This document shows positions 26,240-37,828 of a DNA stretch of 64,000 nt, piece by piece. A program made the position numbers and the translations under genes. The stretch comes from Squalus acanthias (taxonomy: Eukaryota): positions 171,120,001-171,184,000 of the forward strand of contig CM059425.1 of assembly GCA_030390025.1 (NCBI GenBank). The letters are read 5' to 3'. The notes below the pieces were generated by a model. That model ran no database searches. It worked only from the letters and a program-made list of their open reading frames with translations, and was not told the origin of the DNA. Position 1 is the stretch's first letter. Each line of letters starts with the position of its first letter.

Positions 26240-26632
26240 TTTCCCAACTTTGACATCCAGTGTTGCTGTCATGTATTCCCAGGTTAGCCACAGCATGGGC
26301 CAGATGAAGCATACAACTCCCTTTACTCTGCCTGGTAATTTTTCCTCGAGCCCATGCTCTGTACAGTATCCCCATCTATAGCAGTATGCATTTTTCCATT
26401 TCCCAAATCATCTTTATGGCCTCTCTAAATAAGACTGCAATTTGGTATGAGCAATTATGTGCTGTTTCCCGCATCTACTAGGAACTGGGCCTAGACTGTC
26501 CAAACTCATTTCATATAAGACAGCTGCAGCTATCAGAGAGGGGAGACATGCAACCCATCCGTCTGAGCTGGAATCCATCCCACGGTTCAGAGGTATAAGG
26601 ACCGTGTGTTAAATTGCAGTGCCACCCAACCA
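26240..26632 (-). mobile_element. LF-SINE-like element, near full length, diverged
   Basis: Reverse complement has head ccttatacctctg...attccagctcagac, core tatgaaatgagtttgg...gcccagttcctagtaga, then gcagtct...agagaggcca and tail ccatgctgtggctaacctggga. Confidence 0.65.
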
Positions 26633-26656
26633 CATGTGAGTAGCTTTAAATTAATA

Positions 26657-26791
26657 CTCACTTCACCTGAGGAAGGGGCCACGTAAGCTCCGAAAGCTTG
26701 TGATTTCAAATAAAACTGTTGGACTATAACCTGGTGTTGTGCGACTTCTCATTTTTGTCCACCCCAGTCCAACACCGGCATCTCCGCATCA
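26657..26791 (+). mobile_element. Penelope-like terminal-repeat-derived mini-element carrying a hammerhead ribozyme
   Basis: 135-bp insertion with 11-bp TSD ttaaattaata (26646-26656 and 26792-26802). Hammerhead motif, then aataaa at 26709-26714, then ctgttggactataacctggtg...cagtccaacaccgg. Confidence 0.8.
26663..26703 (+). ncRNA. Minimal type I hammerhead ribozyme motif
   Basis: Stem I tcac/gtga; core CUGAGGA at 26667-26673; stem II ggggc/gcucc closing a 7-nt loop; GAAA at 26692-26695; palindromic stem III aagctt; cleavage triplet CUU, predicted cut after 26699. Confidence 0.65.
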
Positions 26792-28619
26792 TTAAATTAA
26801 TAGCTCAGAGAGAAAGACAAATAATGATTCACACCACAACCCACAATAAAGAATTACCTCGGCCCTTTCCAGCTAAGTTTCAGATCATATTGTGCTCCCT
26901 GAAAACACTTCAAAAATGTCAATGAATTTGAGCCTAGGTATGATTCATTTCCCATCCAGTCACATCAATTTTATATTATATAAAGTGGTCCCAGGGAAAT
27001 GGCACTCAATTAGACATACTTTTGGGCAGATTGGTACTGTAAGGGTTAAATGGCAGAATCTGTGCAGCTTTACACCAATATGCAATAAGGATATTGCTTC
27101 TTCCCATTTTATTCCCATCCCATCCTCTCCTGAAGGTGTTGATTCATGCTGGGGTACGGCTCGTTCAAACAGCCTAGACTGGAACCAGGCCATTTGACCA
27201 TTTTTGAGGAATTAAAATTATACTGCAACAGCCCCAGTCTCAGAATAACTGGAGTATAGAGTCATATTCATGGAGGCCTGACAGGAGGGGATGACAGATT
27301 AGGCTTCGTTCACATTTCAGATGCCAAGGTAGTTAAGGCAAAATTGTTTTTGGCCACCTGCTGGCTGGGAAATAAGTGAAAAGTAACACTTACTCATTTA
27401 CAGGGATTCCTCCCTGTGTATTCAGAAAATAAACAACTTGCTGAGAGATAGATTGGCTTCTAGTCACTAGACTAACAGCAGCAGGATCAGCGGTGCCAAG
27501 GATCAGCAGGCAACCACCAAGCAGAAGAAAGCCAAATGAAAGCCAGACAACTGCTTTAGCCAGACAATACATGATGTGTCAAGGAAAACAAAAAAATTAG
27601 AATTAGCTCCTTCAACAGCTTGAGGACCAAGAAAGTCTAAAAAATATCGGGGTGAAAAATGATATTGGACCAGTGTTGTGAAGATTAGTGCAGGATAATT
27701 TAATTGTTCAGAAGAAGATTTGAAGAGGACATGAATATATTTGCATGTGCTTTGGGGAGTCAGACTTTTAAATATGTTTATTGAGGGTAAAGGAACACCT
27801 GAAGTATCTGCACCAAAGGCATTTCAAATCAATTTATGATACAAATATATGATTCCACACCCACACACATATATCACCTCCCTTCTCTTTAACATTGCCA
27901 CCCATCCAGTGTTGGGTAAGAGTCCAGTTTTTGAGTGGGCTTGTCTGGGACTTTTTCAAGTGAAAACAAGCCACAAAAATTCTTTCAAATAACTTTCTTT
28001 CACTTACTTCTTTGTCTGCTGGTACGGAAAGACTTTATTAAGGTCTCTAATAATTTGCTTTAACAGCAAAGCAAAGCGGAGGCCAAACCACAATTCCATC
28101 TCTTCTCTGGTTTGACCCCTGCCCTTACATCACTCCCCGTTTGATTTTGTAGTTGGCAAAAAGTGACGACCCTATTCCTTGCTTTAATTCCGAGGTTCCT
28201 CGGTTAAAATGGTGTGTGTGATCAGATTTTCCTATGGTCACTTTCATCCTATTAAATATTTCGAATCTGCTTTAAATCTTAACCCCAAGAGGAAGAATTC
28301 CATCCTTTTGGTACAATGGCTGCTGTGACTAGGTGGGGTAAATAATGGATGAATCCCAGATGGACAGAGCATAGCAGGAGAATAGAGAAGCCAGAAACAC
28401 ACACCACTGACAGGAAGAAACATTTCAGAGGCAAAAAAAAATGACTGATCAAAGGGAGGGAATATGTCTTTAATTTTCCCCTAACTCAATCTCTACTGAA
28501 CTGTACCCGAAAAGTTCAAGGTGGGATTTTCTTTCCATTAAGGTGTTTCTATGCTGGCTGTTTAGGATGCCCTTTGCTCTTTTATAATTTGTTACAGATT
28601 GTTGCTTGTTTTCATTTGA

Positions 28620-28800
28620 AAGGCTGGTCAGGGCCTTCTATTAGAGCCTTGTTTATTGTTTGCATTGGTAATTGCCATTAATGCTGGAAGCGGGTGAAAG
28701 GATTTTTGTCAGATATATTTCTATAGTCAGACATTTAGTACTTGTTTGATTTATATATTCTTGATTGTGTCATTTTAATGAGGGGATATCATTGCTGGAC
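28620..28800. promoter_or_regulatory. Candidate developmental enhancer / conserved non-coding element (CNE)
   Basis: Repeat-free block with TGATTTAT (28747-28754), two TGTCA (Meis-like), TGTTTAT (Fox-like) and TAAT cores. Conservation not tested. Confidence 0.3.
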
Positions 28801-29793
28801 AAAGTTGTTTTGAAAATGTTTCTTTTAAATTTCAGAAATTTATACCAGTTTAAAATGTTTTTCTTTTCTTACAGAACTCTCTTACATCAGTACATAACTT
28901 GCATTGAAAAGTTAACACAATTAACGCCTTGTCAACCAATATGTTTATTGGGAGCAAACAGTGGGCTGGGAATCCAGTGCTTTGTGCTGTGAATGCAGGT
29001 GGTCATTTTAAGCAGCTTCTCGTGAGAGAAGCCATTGATCCACAGAAAGAAAATTCTAATTCAATTCAAATTAACTGCTGATCTGACAGTGCTCCCAACA
29101 ATATTAAAAGTCAGTCTCATCTAGATGTAAACAAACCGCCTGCTCGGCAGAATCCAACATGGCGCCAGACACCGGGCCCACTGTGATCTTTCTCAATGTG
29201 TTTGAAGAATTTAATCTGGGAAAGTTCTATATGAAAATCGTACAGTTTAATCGCTTCAAAGACAACACTGAAACAATCAAGGCAGACTCGCCTGTCACCA
29301 AGCTGTTGCCTTGCCCAGAAGGGGTGATTCCTTAAGACGCGGTCTCAGTGGGGAAGCCCAGCTTGACTGGAGCGCAGGTGGGAGGTAGGCCTACAACAAG
29401 GTAGCCTTGATTCTGTGACCCATGGTCCTGTTGAGTGGCAGCGCAGGATTACCCCTGTAGGGTCAGCAACTGTTTTTTTCACCCTGTCTTTATGCAAGCG
29501 AGCAGCACTATATAGATTAAAACTGTTGTTTTCCATTTTAAGATCGCCTCATACCAACACCATTGTCCAGCCATCACACTGCATAGGTAACTTGCTCTGA
29601 ACCCTCTTTTAATGCAGGTCTAGACCCAGACATTATAGTTTGACAGGGGTCAACACCTTTGTTAAAATAGCAAAGGAATTTCACGCAAAGGTGCTAAAGC
29701 ATTCATTACTAAATTTGCACAGCCCGATTTCAGTCCCTAGAACTTGTACGAGTGTGGCTGCACTACAGTTTAGAGTAAGTAATTTGTTCTTGC

Positions 29794-30013
29794 GGACACC
29801 TGGTCAAGATGTTGACCAGCAATTGCCATTTACGATAGGCTGCAGACTGTTGGCTTCCTAACCAGGTGATCATGAGTTTTGCTCCAGAAACCATCTACTG
29901 TTACACTTGTGTAAGATAAAATTAGGAGCAAAGCTCATGCTCAGCTGGTTAGGAAGCCAACAGTCTGCAGCTTATGGTACAGGGCCATTGCTGATCAACA
30001 TCTTCTGGTGTCC
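29794..30013. repeat. Long inverted repeat (arms ~90 bp, 39-nt spacer)
   Basis: Arms 29794-29885 and 29925-30013, including a perfect 27-bp match gctgcagactgttggcttcctaaccag / ctggttaggaagccaacagtctgcagc. Confidence 0.92.
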
Positions 30014-30562
30014 TATTTTCAGCACTCAGCGTGTAGAAGATGTTTAGTGTCCTATGCAGGGTGGAACAATGCCTCCATTGTCGTGTTTTTTATTTTTTTT
30101 AAATTGGGGCCAAAGTACAGTAGGCTGCCTCTGGCATAAATTAAGAACTGGAAAGACTCCTCAAACATGGAACATCAGCCACCCCATTTGGAATCAACTT
30201 GCGAGCATTCAGCAATGGTGTAAACTGAGCCTCTACATCCCCAGGCTACTCTGCTTAATCCTCTTTTAGTATTTCTTGCATATGGGCACGCAATCTCCTT
30301 CCACACAACAGCACTGAACTAATGGCTGTAATCTGCAGAATCTGGTCAAGAGCTGAATTATAGCGCTTTGACGTTGCTGCTTTGGGTTCAAGAGAGCATT
30401 GTGATGTCAGCTCCAAGTACCATTTTCCACCACTTACATCTCACCAGCTGTATTCTCAAGCAAATGCCAGCCAGAACCGGAGCCCAGTGAATCCAGCAGC
30501 TTATTCACAAGACCCACAGAAAAGTGGGTCTCTGCTGCTTCCAGAATAAGGTAAACTCTTAC

Positions 30563-30848
30563 CTTTCACATTTTCAAGAGCAGCGAACAGTGGGAGAACA
30601 TTGCGGGCACCGTCCACTGCACTATTATAACATAAAAGCACTTTTAAAAGTGCTCGGCTACTGCACCCAACCTTAAATCAGGAATATGTCCCCGATTCAT
30701 GTCACAGCCAGCTCATGCTAAACTGATCTTGTCACAAACTGCAGTGATCTGGATTTCTTGCATGGAACCCAAGCTGCTGCAGTCCTGCTGCTGCAGTCCT
30801 ACTGCACAATAGAAGTAATTGTAAATTCCAGCCTTTGCCGTCACAACC
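30563..30848 (-). other. Candidate 286-nt non-coding (5'UTR or lncRNA) exon
   Basis: Minus-strand acceptor ttgttttcag|G and donor AAG|GTAAGA; no through-reading frame; not repeat-derived. Confidence 0.35.
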
Positions 30849-31099
30849 CTGAAAACAATTGGCCAGGAGGCTAAAAAATGAAATATCATTGCAGTGCATT
30901 TTTTTAAATGTCATACTCATTAGAACTTGGTAAAAAATATGAATTTATTTCTGTATATATTTTCAGAGTTCTTCCTGTCTGCTGCATTCATTGAATGTTG
31001 ATTTTTCTTTCTAGTTTTCTCACCTCCACTTGTAACCACATGTGGCCTCCACGCTAGCTGACAGTGTAAATGGCTCCCTCTCCTCGGTACTGTACACAC

Positions 31100-31325
31100 C
31101 TCTGTCTTCACCCACCTAACCTCCACACTCTGCAGATTCCTCACTAAGTCCCTCTGTCCCTGCACCTCCCTGACCTCCTTTAAGATCCTCTTTAAAACCC
31201 ACCTCTTTGCACCCTTCTTCATCTCTCCTTCTTCATCTCGGTGTCCATTTTTACTTACACCTCCATGAAATGCATTGGGACATTTTGCTATGTTAAAAGC
31301 GTTATATAAAAGCAAGTTGTTGTTG
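31100..31325 (+). mobile_element. L2-clade LINE 3' end fragment
   Basis: cctcctttaagatcctctttaaaacccacctcttt (FK.LFKTHLF, typical L2 ORF2 end) followed by ttgggacatttt...gcgttatataaaagcaag(ttg)n. Confidence 0.8.
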
Positions 31326-31399
31326 AAACCAGTGACTTGTGCTACCATACAATTCCACAGTTGCCAGCAATCCTACAGTGCCTCGTCTGTTTGAGACCC

Positions 31400-31830
31400 C
31401 CTTTGTAAAATGGGCCTGTCCTGAACGCAGCCGGTGCTCAGCAGCTGCATTCAGGAAAATGTGGGTCTACATGCAGCGTAACTAGTGATCCTTAAAGTGA
31501 CCGCTGGAGACCGCCACCTCAAAGGTGCGTCTTTTTAAAATATTTGACTGAATGTGGAGCCGGGATGTGCAGCAGTGCTCCTCCCATCTCCACTGCAGTG
31601 CCGAAGACCACTGCCGGTCCCCTATCAATCGCTTCCTCGCTTCCCCCCACCCCCCACCTCTGCAGGACCTACCCGAGGGTGGCCCAAAATTGAAATGCTC
31701 TTCCCTGGGGAGGTCCAGCAGGTGTCTAAAGCTCACCAGTCTCATGTAAACGAGGCCCAATATCGGTTGGGCCTTGGGCCAATCCTTTCCGGTGCAGAGA
31801 TCATTCCCTATGCAAAATTTCTAGGCTTTC
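31400..31830. mobile_element. GC-rich probable non-autonomous DNA transposon remnant
   Basis: GC-rich island with internal hairpin gtggagccgggatg...catctccac, similar to shark MITE interiors as I recall them. Termini not resolved. Confidence 0.35.
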
Positions 31831-33397
31831 AATTCATATAAATGACTTTGCCAGATAAAATGATTTTGTTGCCCAACTGTTCGGGGAAGATGAAGTCTTG
31901 AAGGAGACATCATTAAAACACAATATTTTAAAGAGCCATTAACTGAGAGTTATTACTTAAAAGAGATAAGAACATAAAAACTGAAATAATATTATCCCAA
32001 CTCAACAAAAACACAATACCTAACAGAAAAATAGGAGGCATGAATTATGCAAAAACAGCATTTACCACAGTAGAGTTATGGCCGAGTAGTTGTAAGAATG
32101 TTATCTACTGAATTTTAAAACAGGATATTGAAGGGTAATATGACAAAGAACAAAATGTTTTCCAGCACTTAAACAGACTTGTGGAATACTAAACACACTT
32201 AATTATGAGGGAAGATGATACAATTAACTCCTACAAAGAAACTGAGTCAGCAAAATGAGTGCTTCTCAGTAGGCCCAAAAGTAGATATAGTGGCTGGCTC
32301 AGTAGAATGTTCAATACTATATTCAAAAAGTAGTGCCATTTTAACAAGCATCCTGGTGCTGTAAATCTACTGAGCAGCATGGTTCATTTGAAATGAAGAA
32401 ACTTTTAGGATATCATAGAGCCCGCCGCCCCCCCCCCCCGCCCCTACTTAAAAAAGATCCCAAAGAACATCCAGGAGCGTGGCAGCACAGCAGAGTATAG
32501 AAAGCTGATTCATCCCTTGAACACACTGAGCCTCCAGCAAGGGGGGGTATTAAAATCAGCCCGTAACACTTTAACAGAAATATCTAGGAGTTAATTTTAA
32601 AACTCCAAATATATAAAAGACACAGCAAAACCAAAGGCCACTCACTTCAAAACTGGCTGCGTTACTTTCATTTTAAGACTGCTTGTAAATAAGGATTGGA
32701 GCAGAGTTCTGCAGCACCATACTCAACCTCATTACCATACTTTTAGATACCTGAAATTTTATGACGGGACTATAATAAATGACGATGGAGCTCTACGAGT
32801 GGGTGTATCCCCACTTCCTCAGCTCTCAGTAAATCTAGATTGAAATCGCTTTGTAAAAAAAATTGCTCATCGTTTGAATTTCTAGAATTGTTCATCCCAA
32901 ACAACATGCATGCTGGCAGTTACAGGATTATTTTTTTGGTAGAAACCAGTTTAGGGTTGGTTGCTGGTTCTTTATCAGTCACAGAGCACAGGTTCACTGT
33001 TCGGCTGATTGGGAATTTGAGAGATTTGCCTGGGATGGGTAAGTAGAGAGTTCCCCCCCACCCGTCTGGGCACAGACACCTTCAACTCATATTTTTTCAA
33101 ATTGTGATCTTCATAAAAACTTTTGAGATTTTTTAAAAACTTGACACTCCATTATCATTTTAAAGATATTGGTGTTAATCCACACAGTCCAAGAGAAGAC
33201 AGATTGATTGGTTGTGCCTGACTCCAGCTCTCTGGTGATCGTTCACCTCTTGACTCAATCAAGATGCAAACCTCTGGCCATAACTCGTCATTTCCACAAC
33301 TGTGACCATTTCAGTCTCTGGCAACATCAGAAAAGTAAATTGCTAAATATATAATTCAAAGTGGCTCAAATGATAAATGCAGCAATGTAACTAAGCT

Positions 33398-33690
33398 ATG
33401 ATCCCAGGTCTGTGCTAAGCTAGCTGTTCTCAGCCAGGGTGGCAGTAGGGGTCCACCAATTAGCCTCAGCACCCCCGAGCTGGGGAGGGGGAAATTATCT
33501 GGGCTCCTGCATGTTTGGACAAGTAGCGAAAACATGCATCGGTTTGGCTGTGGTCAAATAGGCCGCCAACACTGACTACCTAAGTTCATACATGAACAAT
33601 GACAATTTGAGTGAAGGAGTAGAGACTAACCGTCACTTATGGAATCACACCAAAACACTAGGAGTGGAGAGGAGAATTGGAGGGGGAGAA
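33398..33690 (+). mobile_element. SINE-like family B copy
   Basis: ggtctgtgctaagctagctgttctcagccagggtggcagtaggggt...aattagcctcagcacccc...gggagggggaaat...caaatagg...catacatgaa. Confidence 0.75.
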
Positions 33691-34959
33691 AAGATACGCA
33701 AGTAGATAACAATAAATATGATCACAGACACTATATGCAGAGTTCTCTGGACCTCTCCATGAGAAAACTGACCCTGCCATCTCAGACAAAGATTACAAGC
33801 AATCGAACCACAAGCTACTGCTTTCCCTAAACCAGCCTCTTCTCAAACAGTACCTTGAGGCGATCTGGAGCAGCTCTTCCTTTAGATATGGTAGTAGTAC
33901 AACTAGAGCAGGATCCTTCTTTTTCTTAAGGGAGGCAAAAATGTGACACTAGGGAGGGTAATACTCAACACAGGAAGTTCACCTACCCCTCTTTAAACTG
34001 ATATTTAGTTCTCCCTTAGTCATCCATGACAAAAACACATTGAAAATGTAAGACTAAACAGACTCCCAGAGCTGGATCTGCAAATCCGGTCAGTGCCTTT
34101 CCTACAAATGCACAGGACTTCAATTTTTATATCCAATGATATTTTTTACACTTCATTTATCTTCCTCCAAAATTAATAAGAATTATGACAACAGAAATCA
34201 CAATTGTGAGGTGATTCTCCATAACTGGACCAGACTGCAAATGGGAACAGTTGGCTGAAATTTGGCCCAATCGATCAGTCTGCCATCTGGAAGACCAACT
34301 TCTGTAAAACTACCAAGGAAGGTTCCCCACCCCCCCCACCCCTCGTGTCTCTTATTTTCTGAAAACCTGAATATTTTGAAAGTGTACTTCAGTTGGGAAA
34401 AAAATAGTAATGGCCAGGTCATCGAGCTTTCGAGGCCTGCACGGCCACTAGAGTCAGATCCTGATTTCTATGAGGTGTTTAAGATTCTGAGTAGCCCTTG
34501 AAGGTGTGACAGTTGGATATTCTGAATTTATTCTCCTCCCCCACCCCCTCCCCACTTATGCAGGATGTGATAAAAGTGCTTTGTAGCTGCTCTCTGACAA
34601 TACCAGTCAGACATTTCAAACAGGACCGGCGCTGCGGTTACTAATTTATCCCACATGGTCCCCACTCCCACTGGAGTTGTTCACTATTTCCTCCCGAGTT
34701 TAATTTGATCCAAACCAAACAGTTATTGAAGAATAGGCCCAATTCAGGTTGCTGTTAGTTGGGTGTCAGCTTTCCCCCCTCCCTCCTCCCCAGCTACCTC
34801 CCCTCCCAGTCGAAGCCACAGAATTGGATCGAGGAAAAAAAAAACTGCAATCTGACATGCGGCCCAATCTGCAGTGGGAAGCTCTTCGTAAACCAGGCAA
34901 GCTGAAGCAGGAATGTGGAGGTTATTACAAAACAAGGTTTTCATTAAATTGCAAAACTG

Positions 34960-35140
34960 AGAGAGAGAGACAGGAATCCAAACTGGATTGTCAAGTGCTA
35001 TCCATTAAGGCTCAGCATTTTCTACTGTGATACATAATGAATCATTAGAGCTGATTAGTGAAGTCTATTCTGTGGATAACAAATGATTTTACAAATCCAT
35101 GGTTTTTGTCCCTGATAAATCATTAGCTAAGACACTTCAC
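34960..35140. promoter_or_regulatory. Candidate Pbx-Hox/Meis enhancer (CNE-like)
   Basis: TGATACAT at 35028; TGATTCATTA on the minus strand at 35035-35044; TGATAAATCA at 35113-35122 (TGATNNAT on both strands); TTGTCA at 34988. Confidence 0.4.
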
Positions 35141-37828
35141 CAGAGTGCTCTATGACATTCCCAGGCTGGAAGCATTAACTCTTTCTAGGAAAGTAATGGG
35201 ATTTTTTTTGTGCTATAAATGAATATAGACCTTTCCTAGTGACTACTTGTAACAACATCATAAATGCATTTCTTCTGTTTATAATTTCACTTGAAATATC
35301 AAACAGAGGAGTTCTTCATAAACAACTGTCTTTACATGGTCACCAGAGGAATTCTTACCTCAGTGCAATTTAGTTGAATCTACTAATAACTGAATTAACA
35401 CATTCTTTACATCTCTATTGTTTGTGAATATTCGAATTACAGAACATTCTCCACTGACCTCAGGGTTGTTGCCTTTCTCTCCAACATTACAAGCTGGCAG
35501 AAATGGCACCATACTGAGCAAACAAATTCCGTGTTTCACATTAAACGGCACAGTTCAAGAATTTCTGCATATCATTCACGGAAGACAGCTCCCTTTATGT
35601 GCCATTTTGTTCACATTTGTTCTTGAGAGGAGGGTTTGACCAGAACTCAGTGGAAATTTCTGCACGTTCTCAATTAAATAACAGGTAATAACTGTGCTAT
35701 TTTGCATATTTTCTCTTCTCCCCTGGTAGTATCACATTATAAATTGTTATTGTTATGACATCATAAAAGCATATTGCTGCAATAAATTGTATAAAAAAGG
35801 ATTTATTATCCTCCTGGGTTTTGACAAAAAACAGTGATTTTTGTTTCAAAATAATTTGTTGTCTTTCAGGTTCAAGTGGGACTCATTCTAATTCATGCTA
35901 ATGGCTCCATAAAAGTGAGTGCCCATAAACCAAGGAGGAGGGCTGTTGCAAGAAGCCAGTTCTGTGCTTTCTATTGTTCTACAATAACTGCCTAGGTCAG
36001 GCAAGGATGAGAGCCATCTCAAAGGAGTTTAGCACTGAAAGGTGAGGGACAGGCATCACGAGTGCACTCGTTTTGTAGCCAATTTCATTTTGATGTAAGC
36101 TTGACAAAGCTTCACCCCAAGATCCACTCCAAAGTGCACCAAACCTCTGCTCTGGAGTAGAACCAAAGACTGTTGGAAGGCACTACCTAGGAGGTTCCAT
36201 GCTCTTCATAACCCATCCTCTGAATACCGATAACCTTTGGGGGAATTCAGTTGCAATGCGTCTGCATGTTCTTCTCTTACCGAAGGCAGTCATATATTCA
36301 GATGTCCTGTCAGTATGAAATATGACCAGTAACGTAGGTGAAATCTGCCACTGGTAATGAACAGCGAGAATTACTGCCATTATTTGAGGGTATTAGTTGT
36401 ATTCCTCTTGATAATCTAGTTATGATGTAACACCATCCAGAAGCAGCTCAGGAGAAAGCAAAAACTTCATAATAAAGTCTAAAATTTTAATTCAAAGCTT
36501 TAATTTTTTACCTACTCAATGTTTAAATTTAAATGCTGCTAATTATGATTCTATGGTTAATCAAAAATAAAAATTATTTCATGACTTTGTTGTCTGACTT
36601 CTGTGATAATTGGCAAGAAAGGGTTAATTTGTTCACTCAGTAGCTTGTGTGGATTCTGATGGGAAGTTGGTCATGTAAATGTTAATAAAATCTGAACTGG
36701 TTGCTGAAAGACAGTTTGGCAAACCAGATTTAGGCAGTGTTCACTCCTAGGCATAGATTGCGTGGTAAACCCCAGACGGCTCCTTGATGAGGAAATAAGA
36801 TGAAGGATGAAGAATTGCTCTGGTTCCCTTGTTGAATATTCTTGTCAGGATATCAATCCCAGTGTTCTTAAGAATCCAGGCCTGAAATATGGTCTTGATG
36901 ACCCCCAAAAGAATTCAAAGGTAGGGGAAGAAAATTTCAGCCGCATTACAAAAGGGGCTGTGGGGCATTTAGTTATTTTTTCCAGGGGTCTCCAGCACCC
37001 CCTCCGAAACAGTCACCAGATTTTCTGGCATGTTGGTGCTGGCCTGCAGCCTAGCTGGGCAACCCTAATAAGTAAGGGTCCTTCCCCTGACCATGTGAAC
37101 TTGGGGTCAGTGACAGAGGTCGCAGATGGATGCATCATGGCACTCATGAGATGCGTCAACCACCCCCCCTCCCCTCAATTGATTTTTGTTTCCAATAAGT
37201 CCAATTCTATTTTTATTACATAAGATTTATACTGATTTTTAGGGGATACATTCTGCAATTTCATTTATTTTTCCATGTAAACCTCAAATCATGCTTCCTT
37301 CACCCTTTTGTTTAATACCCCCCTTTTTATATTAGGTGCATTTGAAAAGCAATTCCATCAGACATCAACCTTAATGGCCCACTCATATCACTGTGTGGAA
37401 GGCACTGCTGTGTGCCTGGCTACTGAAACGAAGACACGGGTCACTGCTCACCAGCCTCTGCCTGCTGGTCAGGTTTTGTTAATGATTGAAACGAGCTCGT
37501 GGTATAGCCAGTGCTTTTCAAATGGTGGTACAGTGGGCTACCAGATTTTTTTAACAACTTTCAAAACTCGCTTTAGTGACGAGCTTCACACTGGCTGCAT
37601 TTATTCTGCTGCTGATGTGCGTGGTTACCAGTGTGAGATCAACTCTTGCAGGTGGTCTCACTTTCAGCGCAAATTTCAGCACCATTGCACATTCATACAT
37701 TTTATATTACACTTTTGGCACAGGGTCAGTGCCCAAGAGGATATGCCACAGATGCCAAATTGTAGTATAAAAATCAGCATTAAAAGGTACACTCCACCCT
37801 TGATATAGCATCTTTCTTAGGAGCCAAT

